DNA from: a virus
Taxonomy: Duplodnaviria > Caudoviricetes
Virus record (IMG/VR): IMGVR_UViG_3300027820_000029
Location: 1-64,000 of that record
Length of the DNA: 64,000 bases
Strand: one strand, 5' to 3'
Part shown: positions 45,001 to 53,873 of the stretch, one piece after another
Position numbering within the stretch: the first letter of the stretch is position 1
Layout: every line of letters begins with the position of its first letter
The notes under the pieces: generated by a model
Databases searched by the model: none
What the model saw: the letters and a program-made list of their open reading frames with translations, nothing else
What the model was told of the DNA's origin: nothing
Translations under genes and position numbers: made by a program

Positions 45001-45437
45001 CACCAAATAATACTTATATGCAGTGCACCCCCTATTCTGGGAATATTGCTTCTGATGATGTCGAGACTGATTCTTGTGAATTAGTCTACAGATTGCATTT
45101 TGATGCAGACGGGACTTATACAGTCCATGTCTGCGGGATGGCACTTGAGTCATCTAGTTATAGTGAGGTGTGGGTTGGTTTTAATGATGAAGTTGACTTG
45201 AATTATATCAAGGTCACAGTCGGAACTGACCCGATAACATCCGCTGACTGGTATTGGGATGACGGGACAGCAGATGGATCAGCGGTACAGATCATCGATC
45301 CTGCCAGTGGGGATACTAATTACAACCTTCATGTCTGGAAGAAGAGAGGTGGATTCGCTCTTGGTAAGATTGTCGTTACCAAAGGTGCTGAGCCAACAGG
45401 CGCTGGACCCGCAATAAGTCCACAGGCTCCATTCTAA
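42027..45437 (+). CDS. multidomain fibre/adhesin: gp9/10-like N-terminus, Ig-like modules, beta-helix, C-terminal carbohydrate-binding-like domain
   Basis: MAKQTVDLGDGPD...F.KVN.N.DELY; PDDVTF...SN.V.ISG...GEYSIN module; N-rich beta-helix. Confidence 0.7.
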   Translation: MAKQTVDLGDGPDIGISDNLYEGFTKVNENTDELYSRVENLELKESSVVFELTIDSNTLFANLTPINTTYDSYIITNTEDLDPLNTDPLWVQGVLPTQIELPDWNSYTYYLWLLDNTTVTEVLTSDGSSGVTVTPTRTTETPDDVTFIDVENAQLTFVVTSNAVTISGLLAQTSISITNGEYSINSGTFTNADGVISNTDTVTLRQLSSGSVVTTTTVTVILGDRTETWNVTTISDIFLQSFTATVDIDTTTADLTWGYQGATPPVEWIIKEDDTSFPAVDDGDWDDTGEPETFALSDNNSHTLTARVKDADDNISNAITVTVTPTTSASPTITSFTTLNPTAGSQAYLFSLAATGTITHYMITDNDLDQPAEGDGGWVAWAGDYTDEAATLDALVDTTVRAYVKNDGTSPDDISAAAASFVDTSVSGIDTAPNGDYLWVNDPSISATNLGRTYSGSGSLTLDGTSGGLDALVDTTGDDDNHSVTIAGTYTAVTIQNFDFQGSNYGHIYINRGGSPGSPIDVTIRNCKFGPSNVNASAPNLFKSAISLYQVNNSDVDILGNWFDDPDSVMTFENCDSIALRVRHNFVSDTHARNTTVNWLQRGINFIISRAGSCTGDISENIMYNPTGTAQMQDYFNIADPRGSIGTPFDITRNRIWYPSSTSSTEAVFQISDGTASTYIDMNENTMIDANTFLQFSSGRGHLFRNNKGYTSEAFPAVGSGYIVQVYRYSIDPGGLYECEFSNNTFLHNYDDGSGNLTPLRDGTGYFYPSYGRNEDGSQGPWNHGLSSESPITGFTTTNDWNHSDWANGVGKSELWRASWTQFSYAGADGLTPTINYDSPWSGDGGDQDFTARSVTSAAYGDGAAINSIQQHDLIALVSGGVAPYEITFVNNKSGGITVTINPDGQAVIWTEDDTAGVFTYNYTVTDSEGSTATGTISGTTVDSSPATSLHYDQNDEDYICIDVVDPHEYYARTWGDPPLLAEWEARPGSGSPNNTYMQCTPYSGNIASDDVETDSCELVYRLHFDADGTYTVHVCGMALESSSYSEVWVGFNDEVDLNYIKVTVGTDPITSADWYWDDGTADGSAVQIIDPASGDTNYNLHVWKKRGGFALGKIVVTKGAEPTGAGPAISPQAPF

Positions 45438-45508
45438 CTGATCATGATTCCAGAAGATCCTATTTGGTGGGGAACATATGTATTTGATTAATAAGATAGA
45501 GTTAAAAA

Positions 45509-45898
45509 ATGACAAATTTAAAAAGAGATGAAATAAAATATATTAGAGACATTAGTAAGTCTGCATATGCTAAAGAAAAGGAATGCTATATATGTGGAGC
45601 CACAGAAGAATTACAATTTCACCATTTTTATTCTATGACCTTATTGTGGGAAAAATGGAAAAAAGATAATGGATATAGCGTAAGAGATGTTGATCATATT
45701 TTAGAACTCAGGGAAGAGTTCAAAGATCATCATTTAAAAGAAATATATCAAGATACTATTACATTATGTAAGTTCCATCATGTAGAAAAATTACATAAGA
45801 TATATGGAAAAGTACCATCATTAACTACAGCAGAGAAGCAAAAACGTTGGTGCGACCGACAAAGAGTAAAGTTTCAGGAGAAGTTGAATGCCGGCTGA
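45509..45898 (+). CDS. T5-type nicking site-specific HNH endonuclease
   Basis: IRD..KS.Y.K..EC.ICG..EEL.FHH...TLC..HH..LH.IYGK.P...A.KQ.RW pattern; synteny between terL and portal as in T5. Confidence 0.85.
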   Translation: MTNLKRDEIKYIRDISKSAYAKEKECYICGATEELQFHHFYSMTLLWEKWKKDNGYSVRDVDHILELREEFKDHHLKEIYQDTITLCKFHHVEKLHKIYGKVPSLTTAEKQKRWCDRQRVKFQEKLNAG

Positions 45899-46505
45899 AA
45901 AAACTAAAGCTAGAAGTAAATTATGGCAAAATTTAGATTCTTTAGATTCTAGATTAGATACTATAGAAACACTAAAATGGGAGGATCTGAGATTTCCAGC
46001 CATAGGGCGAAATATTGATGTTTCGGCTGGTAGGATAGATTATGATTTTGCCGAACTTGGGGTTGGATTCGCAAATAATACTCGATATACTGAAGAGATG
46101 GTAGGTCACATTATTCAATTGCCGCATGCTTGGGCCGAAGGCTCTGAAATAAATCCGCATATTCATTGGATACAGGCACAAGCGGCTGTGCCCAATTGGA
46201 TGATTGAGTATAGAGTATATAATAATGGGGATACTCCTCCAGTTTCTTGGACACAAGCAATAACAAATACGCCAGCATTTACTTATACTAGTGGTAGTAT
46301 AGCACAGATAAGCGGTTTTTCTAGCATCTCGATGACAGGTTTAACAGTGTCTTGTATGGTGGATATAAAACTATACCGGGATACAGGGAATGTTAGTACA
46401 CTTTTTTCTGGGGCAGATCCTGTAAATACAACAGTGCTTTTGAAGGAGTTTGACATTCATTACCAAAGTGATGCACGTGGTTCAGTTGTGGAGTACACAA
46501 AATAA
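45888..46505 (+). CDS. putative head-associated structural protein
   Basis: WEDLRFP...QLPH.W.EG..I.PHIHW...DIHYQ pattern; N-terminus similar to 46741. Confidence 0.6.
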   Translation: MPAEKTKARSKLWQNLDSLDSRLDTIETLKWEDLRFPAIGRNIDVSAGRIDYDFAELGVGFANNTRYTEEMVGHIIQLPHAWAEGSEINPHIHWIQAQAAVPNWMIEYRVYNNGDTPPVSWTQAITNTPAFTYTSGSIAQISGFSSISMTGLTVSCMVDIKLYRDTGNVSTLFSGADPVNTTVLLKEFDIHYQSDARGSVVEYTK

Positions 46506-46522
46506 AATATAATAAAATAAAT

Positions 46523-46570
46523 GGCGAAAAGGTTTAGCGACCCTGGTAGTACTCCGATTACTATCTAGCC
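46523..46570 (+). promoter_or_regulatory. Endonuclease-leader three-way-junction motif, copy D
   Basis: GGC-GAAAAGG-tttagcga-CCCTG-GTAGTA-ctccgat-TACTAT-CTA-GCC. Confidence 0.75.
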
Positions 46571-46595
46571 TTATTCATCGGAGAAATAGTATATC

Positions 46596-46690
46596 ATGTT
46601 AAATTAGTTAGTAGATTGCATGTATCAAGTAATCTTCAGATAATTACGGCTGAAGAGAATTTACAAAAGAGTAATAAGTTTAAAACATAG
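46596..46690 (+). pseudogene. internally deleted HNH endonuclease remnant
   Basis: GGAG RBS + ATG at 46596, then out-of-frame KLVSRLHVSSNLQIITAEENLQKSNKFKT*, matching the C-termini of 49123 and 56781. Confidence 0.8.
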
Positions 46691-46740
46691 CTCTAAAAAA
46701 TATAATAACGTAGAGACGAGCAAAAAGAGGAATTAAGAAA

Positions 46741-47532
46741 ATGAGTAGAGCACAACGTACTAAAAGTAGAGCAAAATTATATAATGCCCTTAGTGGTGTA
46801 AAAGAGATTACAGGAGCAGGCGGTGAATTAGCTGTAGGTTCAATTGATTTTGGGGCTGTAGCAATTCCTACAGATACCGTGACAATTGGTGATTATGTGT
46901 TTGAATTTACATTAGCTGCTTCAGAAGCAGCTGGAACTTCCGCCGGGACAGCGGCAGATCCCCATCTAGTAGCCCATGGAGCAAATGTACAAGCTTCGTC
47001 AGATAATCTTGCAGCACAAATTTTAGCTGAAACAGCGACAACTGGAGCTTGGGGTTACCTTTACCCCGATGATTCTGTGGGTTGTGTAGCAGACGGTACA
47101 GATAAAGTAACATTAACCTTTTGGCCTGGTGCATGGGCTAATGATGTAACTATAGTAGATGGCTGCGATACAGCGGGTGTAGTTGTACAACCTGTAACTG
47201 CCTCTTTAGGGGTAGACGCGCCAATAATAGATTTTAATGTTAAGCGTAATATTTTAGATACAACAGGAAGTGCATCTAATCAGGAATACTATGTTTTAGA
47301 TGATGGCGAAGTTGTAGGTGATACAGCAACTATTACTGTTAAAACTTTTGCTTCTGGGGATACCCCAACAGTTCTAGGACATTTTGAAGAAATAGGTACG
47401 CCTATGGTGGAAATGGAAATGGTCACTGCAGAACCTGGTGTAACTGTAGAGTTGCTATGGACTGGAGCAGCTTGGGAACTTACAAATTATAGTAGCTTTG
47501 CAACAATTCCAGATTTTACAGCTTCAGCGTAA
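46741..47532 (+). CDS. putative head decoration/structural protein
   Basis: acidic, A/T/G-rich; followed by strong terminator. Confidence 0.6.
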   Translation: MSRAQRTKSRAKLYNALSGVKEITGAGGELAVGSIDFGAVAIPTDTVTIGDYVFEFTLAASEAAGTSAGTAADPHLVAHGANVQASSDNLAAQILAETATTGAWGYLYPDDSVGCVADGTDKVTLTFWPGAWANDVTIVDGCDTAGVVVQPVTASLGVDAPIIDFNVKRNILDTTGSASNQEYYVLDDGEVVGDTATITVKTFASGDTPTVLGHFEEIGTPMVEMEMVTAEPGVTVELLWTGAAWELTNYSSFATIPDFTASA

Positions 47533-47541
47533 TATCTATAT

Positions 47542-47572
47542 TAAGTACCACTACTTCGGTAGTGGTACTTAT
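47542..47572 (+). terminator. hairpin TAAGTACCACTAC-TTCG-GTAGTGGTACTTA
   Basis: perfect 13-bp stem with UUCG loop. Confidence 0.8.
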
Positions 47573-47789
47573 AGGAATATATAATAATGGAACAAATATA
47601 TAACATGTTGAAGTACTTAAAAGAGTTAATAGATAAATATTCTATTACTCAAAATTATACTATGGTAGATTATTTAAAAGAATTAATGCAAAGATTAAGA
47701 CGCCTATTAGGTGAGGTGACTTGTAATATGACTGTATTTTCTGCACATTCAACCCTTATATATTGTAATACAGTAGGGAAAATTATAAG

Positions 47790-49007
47790 ATGAAAAGGTT
47801 CTTAGTAGATATAATAAATAAATTAAATCCAGCGCAACCTGAGATTGTTGAAGATTTTGGGCAGCAACATGCACCTTCAGTGAACCTACGAACCAATCAG
47901 GCTGCTTATAATGTATTAGAAATTGTTAATCGTGGAGTTAACTTAATTGTTGATTCTGCGGCGGGCGTCCCTTTAGATGTCGGAGATATATTAGAGTTCA
48001 GTGATACAAGTACACGCATACGTAAGAAAAGATTAAATCAATTATTAAATTTTAGGCCAAATAATTTTTATAATGCTGACGTATTTAAGCGCAATATATT
48101 CTTAGATTTAATACTAGAAGGGGACGCTTTTTTATATTATGATGGGGTACATTTATATAATCTTCCTGCAACCAGCGTTAATACTATAGCAGATGAGAAA
48201 TTTTTCATTAAGCATTATGAATATAAGGAAAAAGTTTTTAAGCCAAATGAAATAATACATATAAAAGAGAATGCTTCTGATAGTATATTTACAGGTACCT
48301 CTAGATTAGATTCTGCAAAAGCTAGTCTTAACTTACTAGTTAGTATGAATTCTTTCCAAACTAATTTTTTCGAGAATTCAGCTATACCAGGTATAATTTT
48401 AACTACACCTAATCCTTTATCAGAACGTGTTAAGAATCGATTGGTTCAGCAGTGGTCGAGCAAATATAACCCTAAGCGTGGTGGAAAACGCCCGCTAATT
48501 TTGGACGGAGAATTTAAGGTAGAATCCTTATCAAAATATAATTTCAAAGAATTAGATTTTAATGAAAGTATTGCGCTACAGGAAACAAAAGTATTAAAAG
48601 CTTTAGGAGTACCGCCTGTTCTTTTAAATTCTGGCAATAATGCTAACATTAACCCTAACATGCGGATGTTTTTTATACAAACAGTTATACCTTTAGTTAA
48701 TAAGCTGACACAAGCTCTTGAGATGCAATTTGGGTATGATATTAAACCTATTACACAGAATGTTCATGCGCTACGTCCAGAGTTGCAAGATCAGGCAAAC
48801 TTCTTATCTAGTTTAGTAAATTCTGGAATCTTAACTCGCAATGAAGCTCGAGAAGAATTAAGAAAGCATCCTAAAACAGGAAACGAAGACCCCGATAACA
48901 TTGCAGATAATTTAATACTCCCTGCAAACGTTGCAGGTTCAGCACAAGATGCAGGGCAGGGCGGAAGACCTGAAGAAGACAAAGATGAACTAGAAGATAA
49001 TAAATAG
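47790..49007 (+). CDS. portal protein (HK97/T5 family)
   Basis: V.R.V.LI...LN.RPN...F...L.LEG.AF...EIIHIK...GTSRL...FFENSAIPG.IL...ALGVPPVLL...LT.NEAR. Confidence 0.93.
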   Translation: MKRFLVDIINKLNPAQPEIVEDFGQQHAPSVNLRTNQAAYNVLEIVNRGVNLIVDSAAGVPLDVGDILEFSDTSTRIRKKRLNQLLNFRPNNFYNADVFKRNIFLDLILEGDAFLYYDGVHLYNLPATSVNTIADEKFFIKHYEYKEKVFKPNEIIHIKENASDSIFTGTSRLDSAKASLNLLVSMNSFQTNFFENSAIPGIILTTPNPLSERVKNRLVQQWSSKYNPKRGGKRPLILDGEFKVESLSKYNFKELDFNESIALQETKVLKALGVPPVLLNSGNNANINPNMRMFFIQTVIPLVNKLTQALEMQFGYDIKPITQNVHALRPELQDQANFLSSLVNSGILTRNEAREELRKHPKTGNEDPDNIADNLILPANVAGSAQDAGQGGRPEEDKDELEDNK

Positions 49008-49050
49008 AATTTGATATAATACATGAGTAAATAAAAATTTTTAACAAAAC

Positions 49051-49097
49051 GGCGAAAAGGGTAATTCCCCTGCCAGTATCCTAAGTACTGGCTAGTC
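49051..49097 (+). promoter_or_regulatory. Endonuclease-leader three-way-junction motif, copy E
   Basis: GGC-GAAAAGG-gtaattc-CCCTG-CCAGTA-tcctaag-TACTGG-CTA-GTC. Confidence 0.75.
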
Positions 49098-49122
49098 ATA
49101 TAATACCCTTAGGAGGTAAAAA

Positions 49123-49824
49123 ATGAAAACGAATAAAGAAATTGTAACTGAAATTATTAAAGACTTGGAAAAGATTGTTGGACTTAACTGGCCAATAAGA
49201 AAAGATGCTAAAGTATCAAAAGAAAAATTGATAGATTGCTGGTCTGCTTATAGAAAAGATTCAGAATATAATTTTTATAATTATACACATTCAAATAGTT
49301 TAGGTATAGCATACAAAAAAATATTTATTAATATAATAAAAAATAATATTCAATCTTGGAAAAATTATATTTTGAATTTATATAATTATAAATATTGTTA
49401 TAAATGTGGAAAATTAAAAAAATTAAATGAATTTACTTTAAGTAAACATACAATGTCCAATCATGAAAGTGAATGTAAAGATTGTAAAAAAAATTATTAC
49501 CAAAATAATAAAGAAAATATACTTGAAAGAAGTAAAAAGCATTATCAGAACAATAAAGAAAAATATGCTGCAAAAGATGCAAAAAGGCGAGCAGCTAAAT
49601 TAAATCGCACGCCTGCTTGGCTCACTGAACAAGATTTAAAAGATATAGAAAGCTTTTATACTAAAACACAAGAACTAACAGAAGAAACTGGTATACAACA
49701 TCATGTCGACCATATAATTCCTTTACAAGGTGAATTAATATCTGGATTACATGTTCCTAGTAATCTTCAAATACTCCCAGCTAAAGAAAACTTACAGAAG
49801 GGAAATAAATTTGAAGTTATATAA
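49123..49824 (+). CDS. HNH homing endonuclease between portal and capsid genes
   Basis: CYKC...CKDC zinc module; HHVDHIIPLQG..ISGLHVPSNLQ...ENL.KGNKF. Confidence 0.9.
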   Translation: MKTNKEIVTEIIKDLEKIVGLNWPIRKDAKVSKEKLIDCWSAYRKDSEYNFYNYTHSNSLGIAYKKIFINIIKNNIQSWKNYILNLYNYKYCYKCGKLKKLNEFTLSKHTMSNHESECKDCKKNYYQNNKENILERSKKHYQNNKEKYAAKDAKRRAAKLNRTPAWLTEQDLKDIESFYTKTQELTEETGIQHHVDHIIPLQGELISGLHVPSNLQILPAKENLQKGNKFEVI

Positions 49825-49839
49825 TTTGGAGGGAATTAA

Positions 49840-51819
49840 ATGACAAACAAAGAATATAAGAAACCATTATTTATGACAATGGGGTTTAAAGCTGCTGAAA
49901 TTAATGAAGATAATGAAAAGTTAAAAATTGAAGGCTTTGCTAATACAACATCTAAGGACCGGCAAGGCGATGTAATACTTGAGGACGCCTGGAAAAATGG
50001 GGCATTATCTAATTACCTTAAAAACCCTATTGTTTTAGCATTTCATAATGCCGAAAAGCCCATAGGAGAAGTTGTAGAACATAGTATTACTTCTGCAGGT
50101 CTTCATGTTGTTGCAGAAATTAGTAAAGCTAGCGGAGAAATATATAATCTAATTCGAGAAGGAGTTTTAAAGGCTTTTTCCGTTGGCTTCAAAGTAGGGG
50201 ATGCTGATTATGATACAGAGACTGATATATTTGTTATTAAGCAATTAGAATTATTCGAAATATCAGTTGTATCTATTCCGGCTAGCCCAGACTCAATTTT
50301 CTCTATTCAAAAGTCTTTGAATGAGGAAGAATATTTAGAATTCAAAAATTTATACAATAAAAATCAGGAAGACGCAATAAAAATTGCAGAACCTGATATA
50401 GGAGAAGAAAACGAGATGGATAAAGACAAAATCTCTATTACTACAGAAGAATTAAAGAAATTAGAAAAAGATGCAGTAGATAAGGCTATGGCCAAGAAAG
50501 CTGCTGATGAAGCCCGTGCAGCACAGACAACTGAAGTGATTAAGAACGTTTCTACAGAAGTTGTTAGCACCGCGGAGGAAAGAATACTGCAGGAAGTTGA
50601 GAAGAGATTAACTGAGAAAGAATCAACTTTGGAAGAAACTCTTGAAGGTTTACGTGCAGATCTTAAAGAAAAGAATGATGAAATTATTGCTATGAATAAG
50701 AGCAAGATGGAGTTCGTAACTGATTCTAGCAAGAAAGCTATTATTTCTGATACAGAAAAAGAAACTGCAGTATTAGCTGCTAAAATCATGGGTGTACCTT
50801 TAGATTCAACAAAATACTTTAAGGATGTAATTACTAAAGCTGGTGGTGCTCACGTACAAAGCTTGGGTGGATTAGATACTTCTTCACCAGAAGATTGGGA
50901 GAATTTATTCTCTACTAATCTTTATGAAGATGTTAAAGGTAAAACTATTATTGAACCAATGTTTTCTAATAGGGTTGCAATGACTTCTAGAACTTTAGTA
51001 TTCCCATATAATCCAGACGCGGGGTTAGCAGAATGGGTACCAGATAGTCAGTATAAAACTGCAGGTACAGTAACAGATCCTAACTCAACCGGTGCTCTAG
51101 CTGGACAAACACATTTAGTTAAAGATAATGTTCTAAAAGCTGAAAAATTAGCTAGTAAAGAATTTATTGGCTATGAAGAAGAAGAGGATTCAATCATTGC
51201 TTTGACCCCAATTATTCGTGATGCGGTTATGCGTAGAATGGTACGTTCTACAGATATGGAGTTACTACGTGGTAATGTTGGTGCTGATTTGGGTACAGGT
51301 AATGGTTTAATTGATGGTATTTCTACATTAGCAGCAGATGCCGTTGATTATGATTATACTCAGCCAGGAACATTTGGTAGTGCTAATCCAGTAACTGTAG
51401 CTGATCTACAACAAACACGTAGATTAATGGGAGTATATGGATTAACTCCTGGCGATATTACATATATTGTAAGTCAGACTGTAATGTATGATCTTATGGA
51501 TGATCCCGATTTTAGAACAATGGATCTAGTTGGGGACCGCGCTACTATTATTCGTGGACAAATTGGTTCTATTAATGGATCTCCAGTTGTAGTATCTGAT
51601 TCCTTTGCTGCTTATGCAACAGGAACTGTACAGGCAGTTGCTCTTAATAGTTCTAACTACCTATTCGGTGAACTTCGTGGAATGATGGTAGAACGTGATA
51701 GAGATATTGTTAACCAAAGTAATGTTATTGTTGCTACACGTAGATTTGCCTTTAGTGAAATCGTACCTGCCGTAGATAATGGTGGCAGAAGTTCATGTGC
51801 TAACCTGGTAACTGCTTAA
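49840..51819 (+). CDS. prohead protease (HK97/S78) fused to scaffold + major capsid protein
   Basis: N-terminal KIEGFAN..DRQGDVI...LAFH..PIG...FSVGF...EISVVSIPA; coiled coil; HK97-fold capsid; in-frame internal GGAG/ATG at 50416. Confidence 0.9.
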   Translation: MTNKEYKKPLFMTMGFKAAEINEDNEKLKIEGFANTTSKDRQGDVILEDAWKNGALSNYLKNPIVLAFHNAEKPIGEVVEHSITSAGLHVVAEISKASGEIYNLIREGVLKAFSVGFKVGDADYDTETDIFVIKQLELFEISVVSIPASPDSIFSIQKSLNEEEYLEFKNLYNKNQEDAIKIAEPDIGEENEMDKDKISITTEELKKLEKDAVDKAMAKKAADEARAAQTTEVIKNVSTEVVSTAEERILQEVEKRLTEKESTLEETLEGLRADLKEKNDEIIAMNKSKMEFVTDSSKKAIISDTEKETAVLAAKIMGVPLDSTKYFKDVITKAGGAHVQSLGGLDTSSPEDWENLFSTNLYEDVKGKTIIEPMFSNRVAMTSRTLVFPYNPDAGLAEWVPDSQYKTAGTVTDPNSTGALAGQTHLVKDNVLKAEKLASKEFIGYEEEEDSIIALTPIIRDAVMRRMVRSTDMELLRGNVGADLGTGNGLIDGISTLAADAVDYDYTQPGTFGSANPVTVADLQQTRRLMGVYGLTPGDITYIVSQTVMYDLMDDPDFRTMDLVGDRATIIRGQIGSINGSPVVVSDSFAAYATGTVQAVALNSSNYLFGELRGMMVERDRDIVNQSNVIVATRRFAFSEIVPAVDNGGRSSCANLVTA

Positions 51820-51871
51820 TTTTTAGTAAGATATAATCTTACTAATTTTGGCTGTTTAATTTTGGCTTTAT

Positions 51872-51904
51872 GTGCCGGGGCCCTCCGGTTCCGGCACTCT
51901 TTTT
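51872..51904 (+). terminator. intrinsic terminator after capsid gene
   Basis: GTGCCGG...CCGGCAC + TCTTTTT. Confidence 0.8.
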
Positions 51905-51913
51905 AGGATAATA

Positions 51914-52486
51914 ATGGCAATACTTAATTTAAGAAATTATAAAGAGTATAAAAATATAGCAAGTAATTCAAAGGATGCTAAGCATACTAAAATTATTAAT
52001 GCTGTAAATTCTTATATACCTATCTATTGTAATAGAAATTTTACAGATTATTATGCAACAGATAAAGTTGAATATTTTGATGGAACAGTTGATGAAATAT
52101 ATCCTAAAGAAATTCCTATAATATCTGTAACATCTCTTGAGTATTCTACGAATGCTGGTCAAAATTATTTAGCCCTAACTGAATATGCACAATTTAATAT
52201 TGATTATAATTTAGATAGAATAGTATCTGTATACAGTCAATTTATAGATACAGCTTATCCAATAAATAGTTTAAAATTAACATATAAAGGCGGCTTTGAA
52301 GAATATCCAGAAGATATAGTTCAAGCCGCTGTTAGTTTAGTAGAATATTTTGATGAAGAAAATTATACTCTAAGAAAATCTTTAGCTGGAGCTAGTCAAG
52401 ATAATGTTATAATACCAGATAAAACAGCTGTATTACCTCCTCATATTAGGAGAGTGTTAGAGATGTATCGAGTTATTGCTTTATAA
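51914..52486 (+). CDS. head completion/head-tail adaptor (T5 p144-like)
   Basis: L..YK.YK.I...D...YC.R.F...P.DI.QA...LV.YF...LP.HI.RVL..YR; start moved past terminator. Confidence 0.8.
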   Translation: MAILNLRNYKEYKNIASNSKDAKHTKIINAVNSYIPIYCNRNFTDYYATDKVEYFDGTVDEIYPKEIPIISVTSLEYSTNAGQNYLALTEYAQFNIDYNLDRIVSVYSQFIDTAYPINSLKLTYKGGFEEYPEDIVQAAVSLVEYFDEENYTLRKSLAGASQDNVIIPDKTAVLPPHIRRVLEMYRVIAL

Positions 52487-53871
52487 TGGCTAAAATAACC
52501 AAAACTAAAACTACAGTTAAAAAGACTACACAAGATAAAAAGAAATATGAAATAGCTCTAGAGGAAATTATTAAAACAATTAAAAAAGGACCGCCTGCCT
52601 TAAAGGCGGCGGGTATTACTAGTAATACTTTTAGAGATGTATTAAATCAATATCCTATACATTATATGCAATTAACTACTATACAAAAAGAACATTTAGA
52701 TAATATAATAGCACTTAGAGAAGAAAGCTTAAGACAAAAGGAACATGCTAAAACACGGCAAGGGCTGGAAGAATTTAAGAAAGTAAAAGCTGGTGATGAG
52801 GGTGTAAAATTTAGAACTCTGAAAACCCTTAAAGAAGACTTAAATAAAACATTACCTGAATCTGAAAGAATAGGTGAATTAGGGCACACAAACTTGAGTA
52901 ATGCAGGAATTTGGTATAGACTTCTAGAACAAAACTTGCCTGGGTTAGATGATGGTACTCGGGAATTAATACATAAATCTAAATTAGTATTGGATTCACT
53001 AGACGCAATTCAGCCTACTGATTATAAAATATTAAATATGTTAGGCGCTCAAAGTCAAACAAAAACTTCGAAAGCTGCAAATGTATTAGAATATGTAAAA
53101 TTTTTAAATCAAAAACCCAATTATATTGAGCATAATTTAGAATACGAAAATATACAAACTGAAGGATTAGCCTCGACAAAGTTACATATAACTTCTCAAA
53201 GTACAGCCTTTAATAAATTAACAGGGTCGGCAGCTAAACATATTGGAGATGTAATACAAGGTTATAATGCTAAATTCACTACGTCTTTAGGAAAACATAT
53301 ACTAGGAAAAACGAATAACTTCCCGAATATAACTAGTTCTTTTGGTATTCTAAGGTATGTGGATGAACTTATATCTAATTTAATTTCGGGTAAAAAAACA
53401 AAGAAGGTAAATACAAAGAAGCGTAAATCTAGTAGAGAAAAGATTGGGGTTTTACCTAGATTAAAGAAAATAATAGCCAGATTCAATAAGGCGAAAATTA
53501 GGGAACCGTCTCCTCCGCCTCCTGAAGAGGAACTGGATTTCTTAGGGTTAATAGCTCTAATAAACCAATCCTTAGCTCAGCGGGTAGAAGATTTGATGGG
53601 CAAGTCAAAAGACCCACCTGTTAAATTAAGGTACCAAACGGGCAGGTTCGCTGAAAGTGCTAGGCTTTTAACTTTAACGCGAGAGCAGGCAGGGATATTA
53701 TATGGTACTTACACTTATATGAGAAACCCGTACGACACGTTTTTACCAGGCGGGAGGCTCAATCCTCCTGAAGAGCGTAACCCGATGATTTACATAGAAG
53801 GGGCTGTTCGAGACTTAGCACAAACAATACTTAAACAAAGGTTCCCAGGAATACAGTTGGAGATGCAATAA
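52486..53871 (+). CDS. tail completion protein (T5 p143-like C-terminal domain, long N-terminal extension)
   Basis: LRYQTGRFAES...Y.Y.RNPY..F...RNP...IE..VR..A; synteny. Confidence 0.72.
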   Translation: MAKITKTKTTVKKTTQDKKKYEIALEEIIKTIKKGPPALKAAGITSNTFRDVLNQYPIHYMQLTTIQKEHLDNIIALREESLRQKEHAKTRQGLEEFKKVKAGDEGVKFRTLKTLKEDLNKTLPESERIGELGHTNLSNAGIWYRLLEQNLPGLDDGTRELIHKSKLVLDSLDAIQPTDYKILNMLGAQSQTKTSKAANVLEYVKFLNQKPNYIEHNLEYENIQTEGLASTKLHITSQSTAFNKLTGSAAKHIGDVIQGYNAKFTTSLGKHILGKTNNFPNITSSFGILRYVDELISNLISGKKTKKVNTKKRKSSREKIGVLPRLKKIIARFNKAKIREPSPPPPEEELDFLGLIALINQSLAQRVEDLMGKSKDPPVKLRYQTGRFAESARLLTLTREQAGILYGTYTYMRNPYDTFLPGGRLNPPEERNPMIYIEGAVRDLAQTILKQRFPGIQLEMQ

Positions 53872-53873
53872 TA

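Noticed and set aside
47587-47793. 68-aa ORF before portal
   Set aside because: Weak RBS and no recognisable features; may be the portal promoter region, so not listed as a gene.
49008-49839. Group I intron carrying the HNH gene (also considered for 56716-57481)
   Set aside because: Flanking genes are complete on each side and I found no P7-type conserved elements; the nucleases appear free-standing.
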